Source: Chrysomallon squamiferum
Taxonomy: Eukaryota; Animalia; Mollusca
Direction of reading: 5' to 3'
Length of the DNA stretch: 64,000 nt
NCBI GenBank assembly: GCA_012295275.1
Contig: CM022669.1
Coordinates: 19,344,001 to 19,408,000, forward strand
The position numbers and the translations under genes were made by a program. The notes beneath the pieces were generated by a model. The model saw only the letters and a list, made by a program, of their open reading frames with translations, made no database searches and was not told the DNA's origin. Below are positions 1 to 13,925 of this stretch, one piece after another; the stretch's first letter is position 1; every line of letters starts with the position of its first letter.

Positions 1-17
1 ACTAAAGTAATATGTAC

Positions 18-158
18 GGTATTTTGTCGAGTGAACTGAGAATGGCAGTGAGGAAAAGATCTGTGATGTCCTGAAGTCTTTTCATAGACTCTGAGATTTG
101 TGCTACAACCTCTTCATGTTTGAGAGCTTGTTCTGTTGACACATCATAGGGCAATCCA
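18..158 (-). CDS. IQGAP1: IQGAP exon 30, GRD (GLPYDVSTEQALKHEEV...SSLDKIP)
   Basis: 141 nt, TTACAG / GTACAT, conserved LPYDV..EQAL.H.EV. Confidence 0.95.
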
Positions 159-933
159 CTGTAAGCACAAAATTTATGTGTAAGATTATATAACAAAAAA
201 AAAAATAATAATAATAATAATAATAAAAAAAAAGAGAGAAAAAAGTATGAAAAGAAAAGAAAATTAAAAATAAGATAAAGAAGAATTAATTTTTAAAAAA
301 GCAGAAGCTGTATCATCAAAGGAAACAGTAATAACAAATTTACATGAAAGTTAAAACAAAAATATCACTGATATTATTATTTCCTAACTGTCCTCATAAA
401 TACAAGACATAACCTGACAATTTTCATCATAATTATATGACATCATGGTTTCCATTACAAATATATGACATCACAATTTCCATTATGAAAATATGACATT
501 GCAATTTCCAATACAAACATGACATCATGGTTTCCATGACAACTTTGACAAACATACCTTGTTTTTCCTGACTGTGACTCCATCTGGTTGACCCACATTT
601 TGTACACCTCTACTGGGTTTGTGTTGATTCGCAGGTTCCTGTCTTCAATCACTTTCAGAATGAGAGGATTTAACATTTCACGTAAAGCATTCTGACCTCG
701 CTGGTTCCTGAAACAGAGAAAAGATAAACATACATACACAGCCAGTTCTGTATTTTAAATTTAACATTTATCCCAGTACCAGACTTTTACATCTATTAAC
801 TCTGTTTAGTTTTTTTATTTTCTTTCCATTTATGATTTCTTAAAGTGTTTAAAACTTGTTCACTGAAATTTTATATATTTTATTTTATTTATATTATTTT
901 GATGTAATATTTGAATATTTATGATAAATATAT

Positions 934-970
<37 letters not shown>

Positions 971-3870
971 AAGACAGAGAGAGAGAGAGATCATTATGAA
1001 GGAAAATTATGTCATCTGAAAAAACAATAACTAACTGAAACAATTAAATAAAAAATATATTAACACATTATATATCAATGAATATTCATAAAGATAATTA
1101 AAACAGTATTAAATGAAATTTTGTTAACACTTTACCTGTTAAAGCCAACAATCATCTTCACTACAAGAGGGTTTCCTGTCACAATGTCTGTCATCTTGTC
1201 AACCTTGGAACTAAGAAGATATTAAAATAAATTTTAATAACTCAGAGAAAGAGAAAAACAAAGAGAATGAAGAAACCATCATTCAGTCATTAAATCTTAT
1301 ACTTTTTAAATTTACTATTAAAATACAATGCATTAAATTATGATATAAAATACACACTTGCTTACAGTAGTACCAGAAGAAATTAGTAAAATTTATATGT
1401 GACTATTATAATTATTTAAAATATGAACAAACTTAATATAACAGAACCCTGTCTTACTCGATCACTGAAAGTTTGTTAATAAACAATAAAATTATATATT
1501 TACTTATATTTGAGAAATCCATAACAAAATTTTCATGTAATTTATAAATATTTTCAAAAATCTGAAATAATTTTTAAAATATTTATGCAATAATAATAAT
1601 AAAATAATAAATGCATGCAAAATTTAAAATCATATATAATTAATTATACATGCTTTAATGAGGTTCATTTTGTAAATTAAATAAAATTTTAACAAATTTA
1701 AACAATAGCTCTGAATAAAAGTAACTTAAAATAAAAAATGTAAATTCAAAAACATATGTATTTGTTTTTTAATGATATGAAAATATTTCAATACTCTTAA
1801 GATTTATTCTTAAGAAAACGATTCCAGAAATGAAATTTTATAAAAAAAATGTAATTTAAAAAAAAAAAAAGTTATCAAATGAAAAAGAAATAAATGACTA
1901 ATAAATATATATTATGTCCATTTAATTTTAGAATAAGTTTTAACTAATAGAAGACTGCAAAATAATAAACATGTATGGCATACAAAATAAACATGAAACT
2001 ATACAATTATCAATCAGAAAGTAAAATGTTAATATTAAAAAACATCAAAACTGATTAATATAAACTTGAACACACAAATATCATGCATTAAATAGTGCTG
2101 ACGCAAATACAAACTGATGCAACACAAATCAGTCAAACACAAAATGTACTCATTAACTGAAACCTTAACTCTATGTCAAACTTCAAAATAAACAAGTAAT
2201 TTTAGTAACATCAATGATACTAACATTGGAATAGATGAGAATACAATTCAGACACTGTTTGTAAAGTAAGTGAAAAATAAATTAAACTTTCTTTGGAAAT
2301 ACAGGTATTAGTTCATTCCTAATAAAATAACAGCACTGATAACCAAATAATAATAATAATACTTTGTACCAGTATTAATTATATAATACTCTCTGCATAC
2401 AACATTATTACATCTTGAATCAGATTTAGTAATGTATCAGAAATAAGTTACAGAAATGAATTTATAAATTTATACATCTGTAAAATGGATTATCAGAAAC
2501 AGTAATACATTTAAAATAGTGATACTTCTGTCATAGTAATATATTTGTGATAGTAATCCTTTTGTAATAGTATGGCATTTGTGATAGAAAGACATTTGTA
2601 ACAGTAATCTATTTGCTATAGTAATACATTTGTAAAATTAATGTATCTGTCACTGTGACAGTAATATACCTATATATTAACAGTAACATATTTGTAATAT
2701 ATTATGCATCATATATATATTACACTAATTTAATACTTGCAATACTATAAAGTTTATATCAGTAATATCACTAGAATAACTAAGGGACTATTTTACAATC
2801 ACTAATGAAATTATTCACTTTTATACTACCATCCCTTACATATTGCAGCAACACTTACAGATACTATGAACTAAACATGCCAGTGCTATTTCTTTATCTC
2901 ATATATAATATAGTATCATGTTTTAAGTACAAAAACCACTGAACAATCAGAACAAAACCCCTATACTAGATAAAATCACTGATATTTGACCTAGCCCTGT
3001 CATTATTATGATTTTCTAAGACTTGATTCTTTATATGAACCTTCCCATAAACAGGGAAGCACATACCAAGAACTTTGATAAATAAGTTGAGCACTGGCTG
3101 GAACAAGAAACTGTCTAACTGGCAAACCAGGAGGAAGGATACTGTGAACCGTAACTCACTGTTCCTACACTGTAACTAACAAAGATACAGCTTCACCACA
3201 GTGAATATCTGTGTTGTTGTATTAAATAAATCTCAGTAGAAATAATAAACATTTTTTTTTTTTTTTTTTTTTATTATTTATTTATATATATCTTTTTTAA
3301 ATATTATTGGGTAAGTGATACCAGTTTCTGTATTAATTACCTTTTAAATGATGACACTGCAGGAAAGTAAAAGCTGCATCAGATTAAATATTTAAACAGA
3401 ACTTAATTTTCAATGAGCAACATCATTTCCAAAGTTATTTCAAATTTTAAAAGGTGGGAATAATGGTTTGTTATGGTTAAAACAAATGAAATAAAAATAA
3501 AACAAACTCTGTTAAAATTAAGCAGTTGCATTTTTTTCCCTTTTAAAAAAAAAAAAAAAAACCTGAGTTTGGGGTGCCAGCAGTTTTTACAAATTAAATT
3601 AAGAATCAGTTATTCAATAAGCAGTTATTTATTTTAGTAGTATGTCACATGAAGCAGCACTGCTGAATTAGACAAACTTACATACAGAGTTAACAAATTA
3701 ATTTCCTGGGTAAATGATAAATTAAAAAATAATCTGTATTTCATGGCATCAGTTTTCCTCTCTTTCTCTGTCCATCTCTTACTAACACACAGACATACAC
3801 TCTCACTCATTCTCTCACACATGTCTGTCTGTCTGTCTCTCTCTCTCTCTCCCCCTCCCTCCCCCTCCTT

Positions 3871-3937
<67 letters not shown>

Positions 3938-6565
3938 TCAGGCAGTTCTCTCTTGGTTAATTTTGTAATCAGCATGAAAAATGGCACCTTTGAACATACC
4001 TTTCCATCTCATAAAGTGCAGAAGCTACTTTTCTGATTAAAATTAAAAGGAATAAAAATAAAAATGAGGGAGAAAGCTAATAAATTTGACTCAAACTGAG
4101 TTTAATGTAGACAACTACCTGCAATGGAAAGTACCCTTTTGTGTGTAATAATAACAATATAAATTCAAACAAATACAAAAATTTATATGGAATATCTCAG
4201 GCCTTCAAATGTTTTATAATAAACCACTTTCTAACTGCAGATACACAAAACCTTTTCTTTTCTAAAAAAAACTCAGTATAAAAATTACAATATCACTAAA
4301 ACATTTTTTTTTTAAATCGACAACAATAAAAAAAAATACACACAAATGTCTAAATGAAAAAAATAAAGTGCATCAGAAAATGCATGCAAAATTATATTTT
4401 AAGACAAAACGGGGGGAAAAAATAAAAATTGAATAAAAATTTAAAAAAATAGAAATTTAAAAAAAATATATGTAAAAAATTATATATAAAAAGAGGTAAA
4501 TAAAAACAAAAATAATTTGAAAAATGTACGTATAAATTTTACCCATCCCCTTCTTTACATTTTTCAAAAATGAATTCATCACAGATAGTGTTAAACCTGA
4601 GCTGGAAGGTAGAGGCCAGAGAGAAGCCAGCGTTATACCACTTACTTGTTCATGCAACATGAAAAACAAAATAACAAACTCACAGTAAACACAGGGTGCC
4701 ACCTATAACGACTGTACAACAAAACAATATATATACATGTTGAATATATCCTGTATATTACAACACCATGGTACCAAGAGGGAGACAAAAAAGTAATAAA
4801 TTACCATAAATATATCATGCTTTGACAGAATCATGATTATCATCATCATCATCATCATCAAATGATTGGATTTCATATGTTATTGAACTCTGATGAATAT
4901 TTTAGTTAAGAGATTGATTAGTAACAGTGTGTTAAAATTGAAAATGATTATATTAAACAAAAAGAGCAAATGTTTTAATTCTATTTTTTCTCGAATCTTA
5001 AACGTCATAATTCTTCTGTTGTTATTATTTCTGAATTAGTTATAATTTTCTTACTTTATTTAGATCTACAATCTACAAAATACTCAATACTTTTCATTAT
5101 AATTAATGATAAATTTTATTTTGCTTCTTTAAAAAATGAAAAATACAAAAAAAATATATATATCTATATAAAAAAATATATATATATTTTCATTAAATTA
5201 TCATCAAATTTGCTATTTTCTGTTTCTCAATAAATACTATCCCCTTCCCTCTAATTCCTTACTATGTCGTTCTCTCATGCAATGATTTACAAATAATTCA
5301 GCATTCTAATAAATAATTTCATTAAATAAATTCAAAACAAAGAAAAAAAAACCCACAAAAAACACTGGCTTTTCCATTTACCTCCCTCTGATGTGAAATT
5401 GTCAGATCAAAGCATGATGTATTTGTGGTGTTAAGCATCTTAAAACATACACACAGTGATAGGTACACCTGAATATATAAATATATAAGTATATCACCTG
5501 CAGGCATTTCTAAACAAACCTGTACTTACATTCTCCTATTTGCAAAAAGCGAAATTTGAAAGAAGAAGAAGAAAAAATGTATTAAGATTTTCAGATGTAT
5601 TAGATTTTATAAAAAAAAATTATTTTTTAAATCTGAACTGAAACATATTTAAATGCAATAACTGAAAAAAAGAAAGAAGAAACAAAATAAGATTTCTTCA
5701 ACAAATATAAAAAATGAATGATTCAAAACAGTAATATATTGTTATTTTTGACTGTGCCAAAAAATCCAAATAAATAAATAAATAAATAAATAAGTAAATA
5801 AATGTTAAAAAATATTAATTTAAAAGCTGAAATAAACATTAGAATATATGAAAATATACACCAAAAAGTTAAAAATGTTATTAATATTTTTATGCTGTTG
5901 TATTTGACATGTAAGCTAATACTGAAAGAAAAAAAAAGAGAGAGAGAGAAAAAAAACAAAAAAAACCCCGTCTACTTGTACATATAGTTCTACACAAAGG
6001 TAGGTGCACACACATAGACACATGTATATGTTGTGTGTGTATTTACAATTGTTTGAGTTTATACATTATGTTTGTCCTTTTTTCAGTACGTGTATACTGA
6101 ACACAGTAGCATCCCCTGTACTCTGAAGGTTTTGCTCATTTTGAGAAACACACAATCTATTATTATTGTTATTATTATTATTATTATTTTTGTCTGGCTC
6201 AATATTTGTTTTAATTTCTTATTTATTTCACAATTTTGGAATGACTAATTAACTATAGAAATATACACACAGATAAATTAAAAATAAAAGATTTCCCACT
6301 GTCCTTTTGATTTCAATAATGTAATTTGTAAATTATATTATCACATTTAAATTTTTTTCTATTATTTACATGCATATAATTATATATTAACACATGTACA
6401 TATACAGAAACTTAAAATACTTTAATTTGTAAAAATATATTATCACAATAAAATTTTATTATGATATATGCACATAAATATATATAAATATACACACATA
6501 CATACAGACATAAAAATGTGTACAAACTTTCAACATCTTCATGAAAGCCATAAATTAAAAGAATA

Positions 6566-6611
<46 letters not shown>

Positions 6612-8362
6612 TTTGTTATGACCCACCACCATTTTATTTTAATAGTAGTAAAAATTTTGACAGTGAGAATTACTATAAAAAGTACCAAATTTTATTTTTT
6701 AAAGGCAAAAATTCTTTAAAAAGAAATAATAAATAAAATTGTGTGAATTATTCATCAGCTGTTTCATTTCTTAAAACAACATACATGACACGAATAATTT
6801 ATACAACAAAAAATACTGTAAATCAGAAAACGTTGGTAGGATAAATTTTTGGTGCCATCATGGTTCAAACCTCCTCAGTGCAGGATGGGCCCAATTTAAT
6901 CAATCCTTTCATATACAGCATTGTGTAATCAAGGGGTTTTATATTACCTTGCTATGTTTGCTTAATGGCTTACGTCCACCTACATTTTCTGATTTACAGA
7001 GTTAATTGACTGGTAGTAAACTAAGATCTACTGAGTGAGGACCTGCAACAGAACAGATTAGTCTGTGAGATGATTAATGAGAGTGATTTGAAGCTCATAG
7101 ATGGTTATGCTGGTTTTTAAAGCAGCACTGTGATAATCTGTAATTTATATTGATTTTCTCGATTACCTCCTAATGCCCCCCCCCTCTAACACACAGACAC
7201 AAAAAGATATGAATAGAACCCCTCTTAGCTAATAAATAAATAACTGTAAGTGTAAACAATCCTAATTATAATACTACCTAGTTATAGAGTAAATGAAAGA
7301 ACCATTAAATTTCATTTTGAATATCTAAATATTTAATTACATGTCTGAAATAATCTGATATTTAACATTCTTTTGTTTGTATAATTAATTACTTTTGCAA
7401 AAGACATTTATATATTTTTTTATGTGTATGGAAATAAAATAATGTTACTTGTTTAGTTGTAAAATACAGCTATGACAGTGCCACTTTTAGTGTGCTGAAA
7501 TAAACAAGCTTAGATTTACAGGGAGATATATATTATATACAACACCAGAGAATGTTTTCATCTTATCTCTATGATCCTGTCTGCAATTTCCACCTGTTAC
7601 TCATCATATGCAAAGCACTAGACACTCTACATTTATCTCTTAACAATGAAAATGAATTTTCAAAATTCAAATTCATTTTCAGTAAATGTTTCAAAAATTC
7701 TAAAGAGCATATTAAGTTTGACAGTTAATACTTAATATGCCATGATTATATAATTGCCCAACCCCCAAAGCAAAAAAAAAAAAAAAATTTATAAGCTAAG
7801 AAAGCTTAAACAGTATTGTGATTTAACTGCAAGTAAGGGGCAGATAGGTTTTTCAGGGTAGCTAACACTGTCAGGAGAGATAACTGTTGAAGGCTGGATA
7901 TGAGATAAGATGGAGAAATGATGATGACTTACGTATTGTCTGTGAATAGAAACCTACAAATTTAAGTGGCAGTCATGCATATTTATTTATGATAATGAAG
8001 GATGAGAAATTTGAAATAAAGTGAAATGAAAAGGATTATTATAATGATATATGACATTCAAAAGAAAATTTGAAATATAATACTGGCATTAAAATTTAAA
8101 ATAAAAATAATAATATACCGATATGAAAATACAATTATTCAAATGAAAAAGTTTTGTCATTCAAGAGAAAGGTTGCATTCTTAATGAATGACAGATTGAT
8201 AAACGAATGATTCAAAGAACGGATGCAAAGATGGGAGGATATACAGATGAAGGCAGATGAAAGAAGAACCAAAATTTAAACCTAAACCTAATACTAGGAA
8301 GTGCAAAATGGAAATGAATACAATGTAAAGTTAAATGTACTACTTTGTAGAGTTTGATAGCA

Positions 8363-8410
<48 letters not shown>

Positions 8411-8422
8411 TAATAATAATAA

Positions 8423-8457
<35 letters not shown>

Positions 8458-10591
8458 ACAAATAATGAAAATAAAAGATAATAATGAAACATAACTATAT
8501 AAAATAAATAAATAAAATATAATAATAATAATAATAATAAAAATAATAATAATAACTATGTAACATTTTCAGCTTAGTTGCACACTAAATTTACTATAAA
8601 CTAATTTTTTAAGAAAGCAGATGTATTTTTCACTGTATCAATTAAGAGAAGGCAAAAAAACTATACATACGCAATCTCCTCCTCCAGGGCAGTCTTAAAC
8701 AGCTTCAGCAGGAGGTACTCTTCTCGCTGGTTGGCTCCGTAGTTGAAGAGAGAGTAGATGACAGACTCCATGAACTTGGTCGTTTTGCTCTGCGGCATCT
8801 CGAAGATCAGCTTGGCCAGGTAAGTGGGGTTCGTTTGCAGCAGGTAAAACAGGTGTTGGTAGTGAAGCAGACGCTCGTGACTCTCTTTGCTCAGGGCTTT
8901 TAAACCTCGGAGGTTGCTCGAAGTGTCCGAACGCTTTGTAAGTTTCTTGTTGTGCGTCACAACATCCTGGAAACGATGGGTGTAATAGTTTTCTGTTTTG
9001 TTTTAGAGGTTAAGAATATTTGAAGTTTTAAGTTCTTCACTATTAACCAGGTTTTACCTTTTAAATGAATTTAAACTATGGTAGAATCTGTTGAAATATA
9101 ATACTAGACCTAGTACATGGACATTTCCATTATAACTCACTGCTCTTGACAGATAAAAAAAAATAAAACAATACATGAAAATTAACTCTGTGACAGCTGT
9201 AAGAAGGATGTCAAAAGTGTGACAACTATAGCAGTTACTAAACACAGTCTGTAACAAGATTTTTTAATAGTTTTCTTTTTATTACATAACTTCATTATTA
9301 ACTGTATCTTTAAGACAGAATGACAAAATATTGCATTATACTGAAAAATATAACTAGGAATAATATGAGTGAAAAATAAAAAAAGATATTTGTTTAAAAA
9401 AAAAAAAAAGAAGTTAAGAAAATGAAGACAGTTAAAAAAGAGAATTTACTTGGAGAGTGATTCTGTTTTTGATGAGCAGTCCAATCTTAATGTCCATCTG
9501 GTCAAGATCTTGTTCCAATTGTTGGTTTGACCGTATCTCTGTCACCACATTCTGACGTAACTTCTGAAGTTCTGGAGAAGAAAAACCCCACAAACAATAA
9601 AAATAACAGGAATAAGAATTCAGTAAACACTAAAAACACACATCAGATCAGTATATACTTATATTAATAATTATTAGACAGAAATCAAGTGATTTTGTTA
9701 TAGCATAAAAGAAGGAAACTGCTGTGATGCACTGAGTTACTTTTACCATCATCAGCAAGGGATCTTTTACATATTATTAAGGCTTGAATATTAACAGAAT
9801 AAATTATTAAGGCTTGTATATTAAGAAAATTAATTACCAAGGCTTGAATATTAACAGAATTAATTATACAGGTGTGAATACTAACAAAATTAATTATTAA
9901 GGCTTGAACATTAAATATTTAGGCTTAATGCATGTCAAAAAAGGTTAAATTAATGTTTTTCAATCCCAGATAAGATATGCTTATTAAAAAGTTACCCAGT
10001 TCCTCAGCATAGTCATTGTCACTGGCATCCAGCAAGTGCACAAACTTCCTGACCACTGAAAGAGGTGGGTTCTCATCCATCACTGCAAATATCAAACAGA
10101 TTTACTGAAAGTGCTGATTATCATTATCATTATCATTATCATTATCATAATCGTTATTATGTTTTTTAATTCCAAAGCAAATAATGATGAAAGGTTATTA
10201 TTAATATCAAACCAGAACTTTAAAGAATATGAAATGTTTTTTGATTCCTTTACAGGAAAATAAAATGATAATAAAAACAAAAGAGAAATAGGAAGATACA
10301 GAGAGACTCAGAGAAGCAGAGATAGAGGGAAAAATACTGAAAAGAGAAAGGCAGATGTACAGACAGAATGACACAGTAAAGAGAAGGTGAACACAAAGAA
10401 AGTCTGATAGAAGTAGACTGACTTAACAAAATACGGAAATATTTAATATATTATGTTTTTTGTAATATGAATGAATATTTGCTGGATTTAAATAAACTTG
10501 AGGTACAAACTTACTGAGGGCTTTGTAATCTTGTTTTGCTAGATTTGATCTAAACAGAGCCTGAATTTTGATGATAGCATCCTCCTGTATA

Positions 10592-10653
<62 letters not shown>

Positions 10654-11011
10654 TAATAATAATAAGAAGAAGAAAAAGAAGAAAAAAACAGAAGAATTTA
10701 AAATAGATATATAAAAAGCTAAGAGAAATGAAGCTACAGAGCAGATATCAAGCTAATATTACAGGTATTAGTTAATAAAGTGCACACAATTTAAATAAAG
10801 TTTATGTTATGTATACAAATAAGGTAAAACACTGATTCTAAAAACAGATACAATAAAACATGGTTCTCAAAAGTAATGCATTGTACTCACATTATCTTTG
10901 AAATACTTGAGTCTGTTTCTGTACTTCTTTCTTTCTCTCCACATTCGAAAATAGGACTGAAGCTAAAATAAGAACAAAAACAGGTTATTTCTTTATATAT
11001 ATCTTTACATA

Positions 11012-11091
<80 letters not shown>

Positions 11092-12739
11092 AGAAACACA
11101 AAAAGAAGATATAACAATAATAATTAAAACAACAATCAATTTTAAAACAACATTACTGGTAACACACAATATAAGATAAATGTATTAGACATCCCTGAAC
11201 TTATTACTAGATAAAGCCAATCAGAACTGATGACAAATTCATGATGTACTGTTATATCTGACCTTGATGGCTGTTTTCTCCTGACTGTTGAGGAAATTCA
11301 GCCTCTCCTTGTACTGCTTCCTTTGTTTGTATCCTCGCCAGCAAGACTGGAATATTTACAAAAATAAAATGTTTTAGGATAGTGTTATTTTTATTATTGT
11401 TTGAAACTGTTATATATACACAGTATTGTACTATTTAATTTGTTACTTTGATCATTTTTATTATTATTAATGTCATCATTTTATCATCATCATCATCATC
11501 ATCATTATTCTTGATCGTGTTACTCTTGTTACTCTTATCATCATCATCATCACCACCATCACCCAAAGCTAACTAATGACCAGTTGTGACGAACTGTCAT
11601 TATAAAATACCTGAATCTTTACAATGGCAGGTAACTGTGTTTTTATAAACTGCAGTCTCTTTTTGTAAGTTTTTCTCTGAAGGTAACCTCTGATCAAAGC
11701 TTGCCCCTTTATTATGTTTCCCTCGTTTGCCTTCAACAGCAACTCTCGGTCATAGGCTGCCGTCACTTCGCTTATGGATTTCTAATTTCAGAATATGAAT
11801 AAATAAATCACAAGGTATTCACATACAAAAAAGAACATTCCTAAGAAAGAAATCTTTGTCTTTATCTAATATTAAAGGAATAAGATGCGAAATAATGTTT
11901 TTATTTACTTTGTATCTGATACATCGTTTCAATGGTATCTTTAATTGTATGCGATATGACAAAGTAACAATATATAACTGCATTTAAACAACGAAATAAC
12001 ATGTACCTTCATTTTCATTACAGGTAATACAACAAAATAACATGTAACTGAATTTTAATTTCAGGTAACATAACAAAATAATACTTAGCTGGATTTTAAT
12101 TCCAGGTAACATTACAAAATAATATAATAATGGATTCTGAAGATAAAAAAGTGAAATAATATATACCTAGATTTTAATTCAGAGACAAAAAAAAAAAATA
12201 TTTAAGAAACCAAGGTTTAAATTACATGTGGTATATATATATATATAAAAAATTAATAATTTCTAGCTGGAATTTTAATAGCAGATGACATACCTGGATT
12301 TCCTCCTTCGTTAACAAGGCGTGGTCTTTGATGACGCCATCTTGTCGCGACCACAGGTACTCTCCAGTGTGGATGTTGTAGAAAAACTTGGATCCATCCT
12401 TCAGTCTGTTCATCATCCACCCACTTCCGCATTCCCCTGATAACAGATTTCACACATAAATAACAACATCATCAACAACAACAGCAACAGCAACCATTAC
12501 TGTCAGCAGAAACAATCATATAATTATCTGAATCAGTAAGAACTGTAGTAAATAAATATTTGTTATTATCTGCTTGAATATGGAAATAGCCTTTACTGGA
12601 CACCCCACCATAATAATTATCTGAGTTTATACCCACACTCCCATTAAAAAAAAAAATAAAAAAAAATTTAAAAAAATTAATAATAACAATAATAACAATA
12701 ACAATAGCAGTAATAATGAATGACAATAATAATAGTAAA

Positions 12740-12770
<31 letters not shown>

Positions 12771-13043
12771 TAGGAAGAAGAAGAAGAAGAAGAAATTGGT
12801 TTTTTATTATTGTTTTATTCTTTTATATAAATTAATTTCTAAGAATAAAGTTATTATGTAAAATTGTTTTTACCTGACTCAGATTTGAACTGCTTCAGTT
12901 CTTTCAGTTTGTCCAGGTAAGAAGGGACACAGTCAGGTGTGTAACTATGGAGACCAATGTCACTGTTTGACAGAGCCTGTGACAGGGCCTCAGTGTCACT
13001 GCTATCTATTGCAACATTTGCTGCAGCCACGCCTTTGGAAACT

Positions 13044-13077
<34 letters not shown>

Positions 13078-13866
13078 ATAATTATAATATTAGTAATAAT
13101 AATAATAATATTAACAACAGCAATAACAACAATGATAACATGTACATAATAAATTTCCTTTCAGAAATAGTTCAAAACAATTCTTGGTGCCAGTTTAAGT
13201 ATCTGTTTGTGTGAGTTTAAAAATAAATCTCTGGGTACTGCATATAATCTAATATACATAAACATAGAAAACTGACCACAATACAAATCTTTAAAAGATA
13301 AAAAAGAATAATCTACGTTTCAGTCCAACTTCGGCATCATTGTTTGCCTTCTCCACAGTGTTCTGTATCTCCTCCAACCACAGCACCGCTTCGTCATCAT
13401 TAGTAGTCTAAAATAAAGAAATATATATAAAAAATTATAATTAAAAATTATAAAAAAATATATTTAAAAAAAGAAGCCACATATTTATCTCTTCTTTATT
13501 TATTTAATTATTTATTTTAATTATTTATTAAAATTTCTATCTTTCTTTCTTTGTTCCATTTATTTATTTTACTTTACTTTATTTTATTTATCTCAGGTAA
13601 TTTACAAATAACAATGCTTACCTCTGCTTTTTTAGTTTTCTCTTTAGCAAGCAACACCTGGTAGTGGTAGCCTTGTTTTCTGTCCACATCATGAAGTCTG
13701 GCCACAGGCATCAACAGAGCTTCCAGTGTCTGGTTCTCATCTCCCTTGTCTATAGCTTCGTTAATCACACCTATAGCCAGAATACCTGAAAGATAACGTA
13801 ATTAATTAATACAGGTGAGAACTGAAAATTGGAAGTATAATTATTGTCATTATCTGTCTATGTATC

Positions 13867-13925
<59 letters not shown>

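Noticed and set aside
1458-1464. 7-nt AG/GT segment (and a 12-nt one near 2859-2870) in the GRD intron
   Set aside because: Frame-breaking or stop-containing and too short to distinguish from chance
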